This document shows, piece by piece, positions 28,483 through 38,985 of a stretch of 60,198 nt of DNA; within the stretch, counting starts at the first letter, position 1; every line of letters begins with the position of its first letter. Origin of the DNA: Candidatus Hadarchaeota archaeon (GTDB lineage Archaea > Hadarchaeota > Hadarchaeia > Hadarchaeales > JAWBSP01). Location of the stretch: the NCBI GenBank assembly GCA_964474885.1, contig CAYYWO010000002.1:1-60198 (forward strand), in the 5' to 3' direction. Under the pieces are notes generated by a model. It had not been told where the DNA came from, searched no databases, and saw only the letters and a list, made by a program, of their open reading frames with translations. The position numbers and the translations under genes are program-made.

Positions 28483-29607
28483 TTACTCCACCTCCTTGAG
28501 CTTGCGGACTACTGCATCACCGACCTCCGAGGTGCTCGCCTTCCCCCCCAGATCGTGGGGGAGGTGTTTTCCCTCCGCCAGCACACCCGCCACTGCCGCC
28601 TCCACCTTCGATGCTGCCTCCTCCTCACCCAGCTGCTCCAGCATCATGCACCCGGCGAGGATTGCTGCGATGGGATTGGCCACGTTCTTCCCGGCGTACT
28701 TGGGGGCGGAACCGTGGATGGGCTCGAACATGCTGACACCATCCGGATTTATGTTGGCACCTGGAGCCATCCCCATTCCTCCCTGCAACATAGCGGCCAG
28801 GTCCGTGAGGATGTCTCCAAACATGTTGGGCGTCACCACCACCCCATACCACTCCGGCTTCTTCACGAACCACATGGCTACCGCATCCACAAAAGCCTCC
28901 TCCGCCTCTATCTCTGGGTACTCCGATGCCACCTGCCTGAAGACCTCCCTCCACAGGGAGTACACGTGCGTCAGGACGTTCGCCTTGTCAACGGAAGTCA
29001 CCCTTCCCTTCTTCTTCCTCCGCGCCAGCTCGAAGGCATACCTTATCACACGCTCGGCTCCCCTCCTGCTTATGACGCCCAGCTGGTAAGCTACCTCGTC
29101 CCCATCCGCCTCCAAGTCCAAGCCGAACTTCACCTTGTAGAGGCTCCTCACCAGCTCCAGCTCCTGCCTTGACCTGTCTCTCAGCCTGCCCCCCAGCCCG
29201 ATGTAAAAATCCTCCGTGTTCTCCCTCACCACGTAGAAATCCACCTGTTTCCGCTCCCGGAGGGGAGACGGGACCCCGGGGTAAAGCTTGACGGGCCTGA
29301 GATTCACGAACTGGTCGAAATGGAACCTGAGCTTGAGCAGGATCCCCTGCTCCAGCACGCCCGTGGGAACCCTGGGATCCCCGACCGCCCCCATGTAAAT
29401 GGCCTCTGTCCTGGACATCTCCTCCAGCATTTGCTCGGTAACGAGCTCCCCTGTCTTCAGGTAGTGCTCGCCCCCACAGGGAAACTCGATAAACTCGAAG
29501 TCCAAGCCCGGTGTGACCTCGCACGCCGCCTCCAGCACCTTGAGCCCCTCCCTTATGACCTCCGGCCCTATACCATCGCCTGGGATGACGGATATCCTGT
29601 GCTTCAT
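28483..29607 (-). CDS. leuB: Isocitrate/isopropylmalate dehydrogenase (probable LeuB)
   Basis: PGDGIGPEV, VRENTE, DKANVL, NMFGDILTD, FEPIHGSAP. Confidence 0.85.
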   Translation of the reverse strand: MKHRISVIPGDGIGPEVIREGLKVLEAACEVTPGLDFEFIEFPCGGEHYLKTGELVTEQMLEEMSRTEAIYMGAVGDPRVPTGVLEQGILLKLRFHFDQFVNLRPVKLYPGVPSPLRERKQVDFYVVRENTEDFYIGLGGRLRDRSRQELELVRSLYKVKFGLDLEADGDEVAYQLGVISRRGAERVIRYAFELARRKKKGRVTSVDKANVLTHVYSLWREVFRQVASEYPEIEAEEAFVDAVAMWFVKKPEWYGVVVTPNMFGDILTDLAAMLQGGMGMAPGANINPDGVSMFEPIHGSAPKYAGKNVANPIAAILAGCMMLEQLGEEEAASKVEAAVAGVLAEGKHLPHDLGGKASTSEVGDAVVRKLKEVE

Positions 29608-29643
29608 TCCGTTTTTGCGCTTCCGATAAAAACAGAATCATTT

Positions 29644-30249
29644 ATGATGGATCTCGAGAGGCTACCGACCTACGCCGAGGAGCTCGGTCTTGACCTCCGG
29701 AAGAAGAGGCACAGGTTCCTGTGGTTCCTGGCATCCCTGCTCTTCGCGAAGCGCATCTCGAGCTCAATAGCCAAACGTACCTTCAGGGTCCTGGCTGAGA
29801 ATGGGATAGACACACCGGCCAGAATAAGAGAGGCGGGGTGGGACCGTCTGGTTCAGCTGCTGGACGAGGGGGGCTACGTGAGATACGACTTCTCGACCGC
29901 CACCAACCTGCTCGATTGCGCCGAGCTACTGGAAAGAAAATACAACGGTGATATAGACCAAGTGCACGTAAAGGCCCGCGACCCCCGCGACCTGGAAGGG
30001 AGACTCATGGAGTTCAGGGGCTTCGGACCGGCAGCCGTCAACATTTTCCTCCGGGAGCTGAGGGGGATTTGGGAGAAGGCGAGACCAAAACCCTGCGGAA
30101 TCGCCTTGAAGACCGCGAGGAGGGTCGGATGCAAAAATGTGGAGGATGTGGAGAGCAAGCTCGTCAGGCTGGCGCTTGAGTTCTGCAAGAAAAAGAGATG
30201 CCACGAGTGCCCCGTCAGGGAGAAGTGCCGCTCGCCCGTTAACCAATGA
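29644..30249 (+). CDS. HhH-GPD family DNA glycosylase-like protein with Fe-S motif
   Basis: LDEGGYVRYD, FRGFGPAAVNIFLRE, CKKKRCHECPVREKC. Confidence 0.78.
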   Translation: MMDLERLPTYAEELGLDLRKKRHRFLWFLASLLFAKRISSSIAKRTFRVLAENGIDTPARIREAGWDRLVQLLDEGGYVRYDFSTATNLLDCAELLERKYNGDIDQVHVKARDPRDLEGRLMEFRGFGPAAVNIFLRELRGIWEKARPKPCGIALKTARRVGCKNVEDVESKLVRLALEFCKKKRCHECPVREKCRSPVNQ

Positions 30250-30652
30250 ACTTTGCGCAGAGATCGACCAGCTCTCTGACCTGAGCGAAGACCTGCTTGG
30301 CATAATCCATACTAAACGCTTTACTGGCTGGGATGCCCTGGCGCTCATAGCCGTACATCGCGGGCCCTCTTATTTTGGTGAGCTCCGAGAGCAGCCTTTT
30401 GAATTCTCCTATCCGCTGGCGGAAGTGGTCGGGCAACCTGCCCTCGATTTCGGGTAGTGCATCGCTAACATCATGCTCCCTTGGGTACTCGACCCCCAGG
30501 TACCTCAGAGTGGCCTTCGCGGCCATCTCTAGTGCCTCCTGGGATCTGCGCAGGGCACCAGGTGCATCCCCGTCCTGAACTGCCAGCTCGGCCTCCTTCA
30601 GACAGCGGCGCGCCCGGTGCAGGTAGTCCCGCGCCATCTCCTGGTTCCTCAA
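30239..30652 (-). CDS. HEPN domain toxin
   Basis: SQEALEMAAKA, PREHDV, RGPAMYG. Confidence 0.85.
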   Translation of the reverse strand: MRNQEMARDYLHRARRCLKEAELAVQDGDAPGALRRSQEALEMAAKATLRYLGVEYPREHDVSDALPEIEGRLPDHFRQRIGEFKRLLSELTKIRGPAMYGYERQGIPASKAFSMDYAKQVFAQVRELVDLCAKFIG

Positions 30653-31146
30653 AGCTCCACCACCTCGCCCGGCTTCAATCCCGGCTTGAGGATCCAGTAG
30701 TGGCCGCGCTTGGTGCGGACCTTCCTGGTTCCGAGCTCCTCCATCCTGCGCCTCAGCGCCTCCAGCTCAGCCCGCAGGATTCCCTCGTCGTAAAGGATCA
30801 CAGCATCATCCACCATGTCCAGCATTATGGGCGGGTGCCCCTTCAGCTCCTCTGGGGTCAGCAGGATGTCCGATATGAGCGCCGGCTTCCCCTGGGCACG
30901 CAGCCTCCGGTAAGCCTCGGACTCCCTTATCTCCAGATGAACTTGGGAGGTTTCCTGGACGCGCCTGCCGATGTCAGCGGGGAGGCCATCCACTACTGTC
31001 AGGACGTCGATGTCGCTCCCCTCCCTCTCCTCCCCGCGGGCCACAGAACCGAAAACGCAAACGGCCTTCAGCCTCCCCCCGTAGAGTCTCCTCATGCGCT
31101 CGACGTACTCCTGGAGCAACTCCATGTGGTCGGGGGAGAGTCCCAT
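30649..31146 (-). CDS. MNT nucleotidyltransferase antitoxin
   Basis: FGSVARGE..GSDIDVL; YWILKP C-terminus; overlaps HEPN. Confidence 0.88.
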   Translation of the reverse strand: MGLSPDHMELLQEYVERMRRLYGGRLKAVCVFGSVARGEEREGSDIDVLTVVDGLPADIGRRVQETSQVHLEIRESEAYRRLRAQGKPALISDILLTPEELKGHPPIMLDMVDDAVILYDEGILRAELEALRRRMEELGTRKVRTKRGHYWILKPGLKPGEVVEL

Positions 31147-31453
31147 CGTCCCTCTCTTTTAGAACTCTATAAGCGGGAAAGGTCCTAAGTAAGCCGCTGG
31201 CTACCTTGTCTTTTGGTTAATCATTTTGGTAAGTAATCAAGAAGAGCTTTGGTATCTGAGAGAGCATGGAAGAGGGATAGAAAACCAACAGAAGAATGAA
31301 GGACAGGTCTGAACTCCGGAGATACGGCTGGCTCGCAACGAGAGGAGGTCATTTACTCCGGTATCCTCTGCTGAGTTTGAGCCAAAGAGTCACCTCAGCA
31401 TGGTAGAAGTCAGGAGCCGGTACTCCTCTCTTGCTCCGTCTGGAGCCCGTCTT

Positions 31454-32082
31454 CTAGGAGCTTTTCCAGCAACTTGACCACCTTCCTTCTGTCTTCCTCG
31501 GTGTATTTGGTAGTCCCAAATATGCCCTCCAGCTGTCCACAAAAGTCCTCCTTTTCAATGTTGGAATTAGGTTTCCTTCGAGTTTTGACCTGAAAACCTC
31601 CGGGTATGGTAGTATCTGCATTATCCGCCCGGTTAGGCCCGGCGGGAGGCCTCGCTCAAGCACCAATGAGGCCAGATCGCGGACGTCAGATGGTCTGGCG
31701 GAGATTACCTTCATTATGAAGTAGTCGACATACCTCGGAACAAGCACACCGACCTTCTCACCAGCCACGGTGATCGCCGCACGCACCCCCTCCATCATGG
31801 CCTCGTCCACCAGTATGACGTCCTTGGACTCTCTCCCCCTTATCTCCCCCTCCATGAAGTCCAAAGACACTCGACAGAGAAATCCTGCGGAAGAAGGGCG
31901 CACAGCCTTTCTATAGTCCATCCATCTTCTCTCTTGGTGACGAAGTCGCAGTCCCTCGTAAACCTCGTTAGGGGGATGAAGGCTCCCAGAGCATAGCCCC
32001 CCATCAGGAGAAGCCTAGGGTTGTTGAACCCATCGGTACCTTTAGACAGGTGCTTCAGAACCTTGAGCACTTCCTCGTTCAC
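31454..32082 (-). pseudogene. Frameshifted AbiEii-like nucleotidyltransferase
   Basis: LMGGYAL..RFTRDCDF in 31840-32082; MKVISARPSDVRD in a second frame, 31454-31921. Confidence 0.65.
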
Positions 32083-32105
32083 GGCGTCTCATGAGGTCTA
32101 TGGCT

Positions 32106-32814
32106 CTAGGCAAACTCTACCACCTCTTCGACCGCCTCGTCCACCAGTTCCCCAACATCCTCACGCCTCAAGCTGGTAGACCTAACCCTGAAAACCCTCT
32201 TCCCTAACCTCTCGTTCAACAGGCTACAGCCGTACTTCACCGCCGTCCACACTCTGACATCCGTTCTCGATACCCGCTTCCACCTAGCCATGCGCTTTAG
32301 CTTCCCAAAATCTACCTCCTCTCTCCTGAAGTACAGGATCGCGAAGGCATCAGCGAAGGACCACTCAGACATGCAGCTTACGATGCAGGACTCAGGGGCT
32401 TCGACCAATAACCCATCAACTCCTCTATAGTCATAGGGGATCTCCCTATGGTACTCCACCTCAAAATTCCACCCCATCTGCCTCGCGAAGCCCTCCAGTG
32501 CCCTCTTGTAGGATATGTCTCGGACAGCCAAACGATAAATATCCCGGTGGATGAAGTCGTAGTTCCATATGCTTGCGGCTGTCTGCTTGATTATGACCTT
32601 GAATCCCCTCATCCTTAATCAGAAAGTCCCAAGGATTGCCACACTCTCAGGGTATGTAGTACCAGCCCCAGCTCGCACGCTTGACCACGCCTTTTCTACA
32701 CAACCTATGCAAGTACTCCTTAGCCCTGGGGTGCGCCTTCTCGGCATCCCTAACTCTGAACAAGACGCCCCTCCAGTTATTTATCAGTGTCCCGAAATCC
32801 TTCAAGGTTGTCAC
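32106..32814 (-). pseudogene. Disrupted AbiEi-like antitoxin/regulator
   Basis: GTG at 32814; YLHRLCRKGVVKRASWGWYY wHTH; TGA at 32647-32649; then a frameshift into the 32106-32612 ORF. Confidence 0.6.
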
Positions 32815-32873
32815 CTTTCAATATAAAATGGCACGCACTTAAAAATACGTCACCTTTTTGCCCAAAATGGCAC
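32810..32873. promoter_or_regulatory. Two 25-bp quasi-palindromic direct repeats (candidate autoregulatory operators)
   Basis: GTCACCTTTcaatatAAAATGGCAC (32810-32834) and GTCACCTTTttgcccAAAATGGCAC (32849-32873). Confidence 0.6.
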
Positions 32874-33068
32874 ACAAATCCAAAATTTGGGGGGTACAGA
32901 TGTTTGAGAACCCCATTGGCAAACCTCAGTCCGAACAGCCAGGTTGGTTTGAAGGATGTGCTCCTTGACGGTGTCAATAAATCTTCCGACCGACCAAGTC
33001 CGAAAACCCCGTCGTGGTCAGCATGATGGCTATCGGCACGCACCTCGAATATTGCCCGTAGCTGAACC

Positions 33069-33575
33069 TCATTCACCGAACCTCCTCCCGTAACGCTCCA
33101 GGTGAACGAGATCCCGCAGCGGCTTCTTCGGCCTGGGCGGGTAAGTCTTGGCGGGGTAACCGACCGTCATGCACACCACCACCCTCTTGTTCTTCGGGAT
33201 GCCGAGCAGGTGCTTCAGCAGGCGCTCGGAGAACGCACCGATCCAGCAGGTGCCCAGTCCCAGCTCCACCGCCTGCAGGGCCAGCTGCTGGAGCGCTATG
33301 GAGAGGTCGATGGGTGCCCAGCGGTCCCCGGGCTCCACCACTCCAGCTATAAAGACCGGCGCCTTGGCCACGAACCTCTGGAGCATGCAGGCGAGGACGA
33401 GCTTGGCACGGGTCGCCCTGTCCGTCACCACCACCAGCTCCCAGGGCTGGCGGTTCCTGGCGGAGGGGGCCAGCCTCGCAGCCTCTAGGAGCCTGAGGAG
33501 CTTCTCCCGCTCAACGGGCTTCTCCAGGTAATCCCTGACGCTCCTCCTGAGACGGATGGCCTCGGATATCTCCAT
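33069..33575 (-). CDS. Nitroreductase family protein
   Basis: RRSVR, APSARNRQPW, GLGTCWIGAF. Confidence 0.92.
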   Translation of the reverse strand: MEISEAIRLRRSVRDYLEKPVEREKLLRLLEAARLAPSARNRQPWELVVVTDRATRAKLVLACMLQRFVAKAPVFIAGVVEPGDRWAPIDLSIALQQLALQAVELGLGTCWIGAFSERLLKHLLGIPKNKRVVVCMTVGYPAKTYPPRPKKPLRDLVHLERYGRRFGE

Positions 33576-33595
33576 TTTTTTAAGGCGGGTGCCAC

Positions 33596-34873
33596 GTGAA
33601 CTACCCCCAGCTTCCGCAGGGGGCTTCCTGCTTCAAAGACGGGGCTTGCCCAGCGACCACGGCTGAAGCCGGGACGCTGAGTAGGGGCCCCATCTCCACA
33701 GGCGTCAGTTCGGGCCGTCCCAGCCCTACCCGGAGGATCCGACAGGCAGCCACATAGTCCCTGTCGAAACCCTCCGGAATGTTCTGGGAGGTGCCCCTCG
33801 GGTTCACCTCCACAAACCGCCTACCGGCGCTCTCAGCCTTGTAGGACAGCATGTGGAGGAACTTCCCCCAAGAGGCATCCAGTATCTTTTGGGCTAGGTT
33901 GTGATTCCTGACCATCTTGCTGATGTCGAGCTTCTCCACGCATATCACGTCGTAGTTGTCCACGTAGAAGTGCGAGAGCTTGTGTAAAAAGTCGTTTCGC
34001 TGGTTCACGAGCTTTTCATAAACGCGTGCCAGCCTTATCCTCGCCTTCTCCCAGTTCCTGGAGCCCCTGCACTTCCTCGAGAGCCTGCGCTGGAGCGTGC
34101 GGATGCGCCTCAGCGTGCGCTCGTAGCACCGGGGGTTCTCGACCCGCCTGCCCTCGCTATCCGTCAGGAAGTGCCTGATGCCCACGTCTATCCCGATTGC
34201 CCTTCCCGTCCTCGGCTTGACCTCCGGCTCCTTCTCCACTTGGAAGATCGCGTACCACCTGCCCGAGCGCTCCCGCTTGATGATGACACCCTTTATTTTT
34301 CCTTTGACCTTCCTGTGGAGCTTTACCGGGATCTCCCCGATCTTGGAAAGCACGAGCCTCCCCTTTTCGAGCTTGAAGCCCGACTGATTGTAGTTGAGCG
34401 TCTTGAACCATTTCCCCTTGAAGCGGAGCTTCCCTACCTTCCTGCCCTCCCTCCTCAGCCTCGCGAGCGCCCGGAGGTTGGACCAGAGCTGGTGGTTCAC
34501 CATCTGCAGGACTTTCGAGTACACCTCCCGGAGCTCAGGCTTCTCGTGGTGCTTCAAATGAACGATCAGGGCTTGCGTGTCCGTTTGCTTGAGCTTCATC
34601 CCCTTCTCCCTCGCCAGGTTCAGCTCGGAGAGCAGGCGGTTGTACAGCCACCTGCAAAGCTCCATGTGCTCCAGGAGCCTCTGCTGGGTGCCCTTGGACG
34701 GGTAGATCCTGAACCTGTACGCAAGCTGCATCGGCTCACCCGCTTCGGGATTCACAGGTCTTTTTGCACTCTAGCAATTATGACATTTTTGCCTAAATTC
34801 GGAGAGAGAGTTGACTGGAAGTAAATTCGGCTCTCATCCCCTCCCTTTGGAAGGGGGCTTCCCGCCGATAGAG
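33596..34873 (-). mobile_element. IS200/IS605-family (IS1341-type, tnpB-only) element
   Basis: Right end GGGGTAGTTCAC after the tnpB stop; left-end hairpin CCCCTTCC-AAA-GGGAGGGG preceded by TTTAA; no tnpA. Confidence 0.75.
33601..34731 (-). CDS. tnpB: TnpB RNA-guided endonuclease lacking the C-terminal zinc finger
   Basis: AYRFRIYP, IGIDVG (RuvC-I), VEKL (RuvC-II), LSYKAE, TSQ directly followed by DRD (RuvC-III). Confidence 0.92.
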   Translation of the reverse strand: MQLAYRFRIYPSKGTQQRLLEHMELCRWLYNRLLSELNLAREKGMKLKQTDTQALIVHLKHHEKPELREVYSKVLQMVNHQLWSNLRALARLRREGRKVGKLRFKGKWFKTLNYNQSGFKLEKGRLVLSKIGEIPVKLHRKVKGKIKGVIIKRERSGRWYAIFQVEKEPEVKPRTGRAIGIDVGIRHFLTDSEGRRVENPRCYERTLRRIRTLQRRLSRKCRGSRNWEKARIRLARVYEKLVNQRNDFLHKLSHFYVDNYDVICVEKLDISKMVRNHNLAQKILDASWGKFLHMLSYKAESAGRRFVEVNPRGTSQNIPEGFDRDYVAACRILRVGLGRPELTPVEMGPLLSVPASAVVAGQAPSLKQEAPCGSWG

Positions 34874-34929
34874 TTAAAAGATGGAAAAGCCTTTTTGACC
34901 CTAACGACCGTAATAGGTTGGGGAAGAAC

Positions 34930-35040
34930 ATGCCGGGTGCGGAACTCCTCTGGGAGATCGTCGGGATCCTTCTGCTCGTGGAGCTCGCATTCGAGATCCG
35001 GGACCGGGTGGAGGAGTGGAGGAACGGGCGCGGGAAGTGA
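34930..35040 (+). CDS. Putative 36-aa single-helix membrane peptide
   Basis: MPGAELLWEIVGILLLVELAFEIRDRVEEWRNGRGK; purine-rich RBS-like GGGGAAG; fills an intergenic gap. Confidence 0.4.
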   Translation: MPGAELLWEIVGILLLVELAFEIRDRVEEWRNGRGK

Positions 35041-35044
35041 TTAC

Positions 35045-35518
35045 CTACCTACTCTTCAGATAGGGGATCAGGCCCCCCGCCTTGAGGATTTCCATGACGA
35101 AGGGTGGGAGGGGATCCAGCTGGAGGACTGCCCCGGTTTTCAGGTTCGTAAGCCTGAATTCCTCTAGGTCAAGCCGCACCTCATCTCCCGACTGGAAGCC
35201 CTCCGTTGACTTGCACGTGAGGACGGGCAATCCCAGGTTTATCGCATTCCGGTAGAAGATCCTGGCGAAGGAGAGGGCAACAACCGCCGAGATGCCCGCG
35301 GCACGTAGAGCAAGGGGGGCGTGCTCACGGCTGGAGCCGCAACCGAAATTCCTCCCCGCCAGGATCACGTCCCCCGGGCGCACGCGCTTCGGAAAATCGG
35401 GGTCCAGGTTCTCCATCACGTGCCTCGCCATCTCCTCCCCGCTCAGACCGACCAGGTACTTCCCGGCTATGATGTCATCCGTGGACACGTGGTCCCCGAA
35501 CTTCCAGACCCTAGACAT
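35045..35518 (-). CDS. leuD: 3-isopropylmalate dehydratase small subunit
   Basis: STDDII, NFGCGSSREHA, FARIFYRNAIN. Confidence 0.9.
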   Translation of the reverse strand: MSRVWKFGDHVSTDDIIAGKYLVGLSGEEMARHVMENLDPDFPKRVRPGDVILAGRNFGCGSSREHAPLALRAAGISAVVALSFARIFYRNAINLGLPVLTCKSTEGFQSGDEVRLDLEEFRLTNLKTGAVLQLDPLPPFVMEILKAGGLIPYLKSR

Positions 35519-36755
35519 ACTCCCTCGGGTCGGTTATTTTTCCGTTCACCGCTGAGGCGGCTACCGTCAGGGGGGATGCCAGGTAAATCTCCGCCTTAGG
35601 GCTCCCCATCCTCCCCTTGAAGTTCCTGTTGGAGGAGGAAATGCAGACCTCCCCGGGTGCCAGAATTCCAACGTGGCCACCCATGCATGCCGCACAACCC
35701 GGTGGGACGACTACCCCTCCCGCCTCCACTATCGTCCTCAGGACGCCCGTCCGAAGTGCCTCCATGTAAACCTCCCTGGAAGCGGGGGAGACTACCAGCC
35801 TGACGCCCTCCTTCACCCTTTTCCCCTTGAGCACCCTGGCAGCCTGCTGCAGATCCTCCAGCCTGCCATTGGTGCAACTCCCCAAGAATGCTTGATCTAT
35901 CTCCACCCCCTCCACCTCCACCACTGGCCTGACGTTATCCACCCTGTGCGGGCAGGCGACCTGCGGCTCCAGCTTGGAGACATCGAAATGCGCCTCCTTT
36001 TCCCACTCGGTCTCTGGATCGCTCGTTACCGGCCTGGCGGGCACACCCCTCCCCTCCAGCCACCTCAGCGTTTTTTCATCTGGTGGGACTATTGCGGACT
36101 TTGCGCCCATCTCCACACCCATGTTGCAGAGGGTCATCCGATCGGAGACCTCCAGCTGGCGGATGGTTTCCCCGTGAAACTCAACGGCATAATAGTTTGC
36201 CCCGTCCGCTCCCACCTCCCCGATTATGTGAAGGATTAGGTCCTTCGCAAGTACGCCCTCGGGCAGGTGCCCCTCGACCACTATTTTGAAGTTCTCGGGG
36301 ACCCTGAACCAGAGGCTCCCCCGAACCAAAACGTATGCCATTTCGGTGGAACCTATGCCGGTGGCGAAAGCTCCGAGTGCCCCATAGGTGCAGGTGTGGG
36401 AATCCGCACCCACTATCAAAGCGCCCGGGTAAGCGTGCCCCCTTTCAATGAACACCTGGTGGCAGACCCCCTCACCCACCTCGTGGACCTCAACGCCCCG
36501 CTCCCTGAGCCTCCTGAGTCTGGTGTGCTCGGAGGCTGCCGCCACGGAGGCTGCCGGTGATTGGTGATCCAGCACAACCACGAGAAGATCCGGGTTGGGG
36601 ATGTCCGACCCGAGCTCAGAAAGGACGTTGAGGGTTAGGGGGCCCGTGATGTCGTTTATCATGCACCGATCGACTCTGGCCTCCACGATCTGGCCCGGCT
36701 CGACCTGCTGGACGCCTGCGTGCGAAGCTAGGATCTTGTGGGCGATGGATGCCAT
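35511..36755 (-). CDS. leuC: 3-isopropylmalate dehydratase large subunit
   Basis: [34 protein letters not shown]. Confidence 0.9.
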   Translation of the reverse strand: MASIAHKILASHAGVQQVEPGQIVEARVDRCMINDITGPLTLNVLSELGSDIPNPDLLVVVLDHQSPAASVAAASEHTRLRRLRERGVEVHEVGEGVCHQVFIERGHAYPGALIVGADSHTCTYGALGAFATGIGSTEMAYVLVRGSLWFRVPENFKIVVEGHLPEGVLAKDLILHIIGEVGADGANYYAVEFHGETIRQLEVSDRMTLCNMGVEMGAKSAIVPPDEKTLRWLEGRGVPARPVTSDPETEWEKEAHFDVSKLEPQVACPHRVDNVRPVVEVEGVEIDQAFLGSCTNGRLEDLQQAARVLKGKRVKEGVRLVVSPASREVYMEALRTGVLRTIVEAGGVVVPPGCAACMGGHVGILAPGEVCISSSNRNFKGRMGSPKAEIYLASPLTVAASAVNGKITDPREYV

Positions 36756-38416
36756 TGTCTGATAGCTCCCTCGGAGGCGGATGAAACCGTCCCCGAATAC
36801 AGTGCGAGGTACCCTCTTTGGAAGCGCGGCTTGAAGGGGGGCAGCTGCTTCAGCCTGGCCTTCAGCTCATCCTCGGGGATGAGCAGGTCCACTCTCCTTC
36901 TCGGGATGTCTATCAGTATCCGATCCCCGTCCCTCACTGCCGCTATGGGGCCTCCCTCTGCTGCCTCGGGGGAGACGTGCCCGATGCAGATGCCCCTGGT
37001 TCCCCCTGAGAATCTCCCATCAGTCACCAGTGCGACTTGGGTTCCGAGCCCCATCCCCACCACGGCCGAGGTTATCCTCAGCATCTCCCTCATCCCCGGC
37101 CCTCCCTTCGGGCCTTCATACGTTATCACTATCACGTCCTTCCTCCTGATCCTGCCGGAGAGTAGTGCCTTGACTGCCTCATCCTCTCCCCTGAACACTC
37201 TGGCCTTCCCTTGGAACCTCTTCAGCTGGGGGGACAGGCCTGCCAGCTTCAGCACGGCCCCTTTGGGCGCGAGGCTCCCGTAGAGCACCGCAATCCCTCC
37301 TTCTTTCCTGTAAGGTTTGCTGAGCGGCCTAATGACCCTCGAATCCAAAACTTTAACCTTCCTGAGGTTCTCCTCGACCGTCAGGCCCGTGACCGTCAGG
37401 GGCGTGCGCTTGATGAGCTTGCCGAGCTGCTTCATGAGGGCCGGCACCCCACCCGCCCTATCCAAGTCTATCATGAAGTACGGCCCCCCAGGCCTCAGGT
37501 TGCAGAGCTGAGGAACCCTGCGGCTCAGCCTGTCGAACATGTCCAAGTCTAGCCTTATCCCGAGCTCCGCGGCTATTGCGGGTAGGTGCAGGAGGGTGTT
37601 CGTGGATCCGCCGAGGGCCAGATCCACCACTATTGCATTCTCGAAGGCCTGCCTGGTCATGATCTTCTTCGGCGTCAGATTCCTGCGCAGGAGCTGCACC
37701 ACCTGCCTGCCGCTCTCCTCCGCGAGGCGCAGTTTTCTCGCATCGATGGCGTGGCATGTTGCCATACCCGGGAGGGACATGCCCAGTGCTTCCGTCAGGC
37801 ACGCCATGGTGTTCGCCGTAAACATACCCGCACACGAACCCGGACCGGGGCAGGCCCTGTTCTCGATCTCCTTGGCCTCCTTGGGGCATATCTTCCCCGC
37901 CTTGAGCTTCCCTACAGCCTCGAAGGCACTTATGACATCCAGCCTCTCCCCCCTCCACTCGCCAGGGAGCATGGGGCCTCCCGTCACAACTATGGAGGGC
38001 AGGTTGAGCCTCGCAAGAGCCATCAGCATGCCCGGAATGATCTTGTCGCAGCTGCACACGGCCACCACGGCATCGAACCTGTGGGCCTGAACGACGAGCT
38101 CAATACTATCGGCAATAACCTCCCGGGAGGGCAGGGAGTAGAACATGCCCTCGGTCCCCATGGCCACACCATCGCAGATCGCTATGGTGTTGAACTCGAG
38201 AGGCACAGCCCCGGCCGCCCTCACACCCCTCGCCACCGCCCTAGCTACCTCATCCAAGTGCACGTGCCCCGGAACGATCTGATTCCAGGAGTTGGCTATT
38301 GCAACAAGCGGTTTGTCCATTTCCTCGTCGACTAGACCAACCGCTTTAAGAAGGGCTCGCCTAGGCAGTGCCTCGTCTCCTTCCGTGACCTCCTTGCTTC
38401 TGAGCCTCAACCCCAA
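36728..38416 (-). CDS. ilvD: Dihydroxy-acid dehydratase
   Basis: [40 protein letters not shown]. Confidence 0.95.
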   Translation of the reverse strand: MGLRLRSKEVTEGDEALPRRALLKAVGLVDEEMDKPLVAIANSWNQIVPGHVHLDEVARAVARGVRAAGAVPLEFNTIAICDGVAMGTEGMFYSLPSREVIADSIELVVQAHRFDAVVAVCSCDKIIPGMLMALARLNLPSIVVTGGPMLPGEWRGERLDVISAFEAVGKLKAGKICPKEAKEIENRACPGPGSCAGMFTANTMACLTEALGMSLPGMATCHAIDARKLRLAEESGRQVVQLLRRNLTPKKIMTRQAFENAIVVDLALGGSTNTLLHLPAIAAELGIRLDLDMFDRLSRRVPQLCNLRPGGPYFMIDLDRAGGVPALMKQLGKLIKRTPLTVTGLTVEENLRKVKVLDSRVIRPLSKPYRKEGGIAVLYGSLAPKGAVLKLAGLSPQLKRFQGKARVFRGEDEAVKALLSGRIRRKDVIVITYEGPKGGPGMREMLRITSAVVGMGLGTQVALVTDGRFSGGTRGICIGHVSPEAAEGGPIAAVRDGDRILIDIPRRRVDLLIPEDELKARLKQLPPFKPRFQRGYLALYSGTVSSASEGAIRQWHPSPTRS

Positions 38417-38582
38417 AACTCTCTTTTGGAGTTAAAATCATGAGCCAAGTCGGAAACAAGAGAGGGCTGATGGTTATCAGGTAAAAAACGATTTCCCGGC
38501 ACAGACCCGAAAATCTGCTTACTTGGAAATGAATCTCAAATTGCTGCTTTTCCAGAGACTCAAGTCGCCCTTGGTTCCTCAC

Positions 38583-38985
38583 TCAGTGAAGAGGGATTAT
38601 CTTCAATTTCGGCAACTTCCGGAAGTCCTTTACGTTGTCGGTCAAAATTGGAACTCTCAGCTTCAACGCCTGTTGTGCGATCATAGCGTCGTATGCGAAG
38701 CACATAGTGCTCCCGCGATTTCAGATGCTCTCACAACATCCTCTTTGTCGAAGCCGAGCCACTCAACTGAGGGGTGGCTTATGATGTTCTCCACTCGCCG
38801 CCTTGCGGTACCCCTATCAAAGAGCCTGCTCAGCTTGCGGAAAACCTCAGAGCAAATAATTGCGTTGATGCCTAACCCTCCCCCTAACAGCACTCGAAGC
38901 TTTTCAACCGCGGCTTTATGTTCGGGGCATTCTCGACTTCTGCGAAAATCCAGACGTTCGAGTCGACGATGATCAACTGGACCAC
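38583..38985 (-). pseudogene. Frameshifted VapC/PIN toxin
   Basis: LIIVDSNVWIF / ICSEVF / DAMIA..ILTDNVKDF lie in different frames. Confidence 0.7.

Noticed and set aside
25248-33068. Integrated provirus or ICE at tRNA-Leu
   Set aside because: No integrase and no duplicated tRNA 3' end were found, and the region contains housekeeping genes (leuB, HemK2)
32880-33068. ORFs 32777-33076 (-) and 32787-33026 (+)
   Set aside because: No recognisable motifs, and they cross the operator repeats; treated as intergenic or decayed DNA
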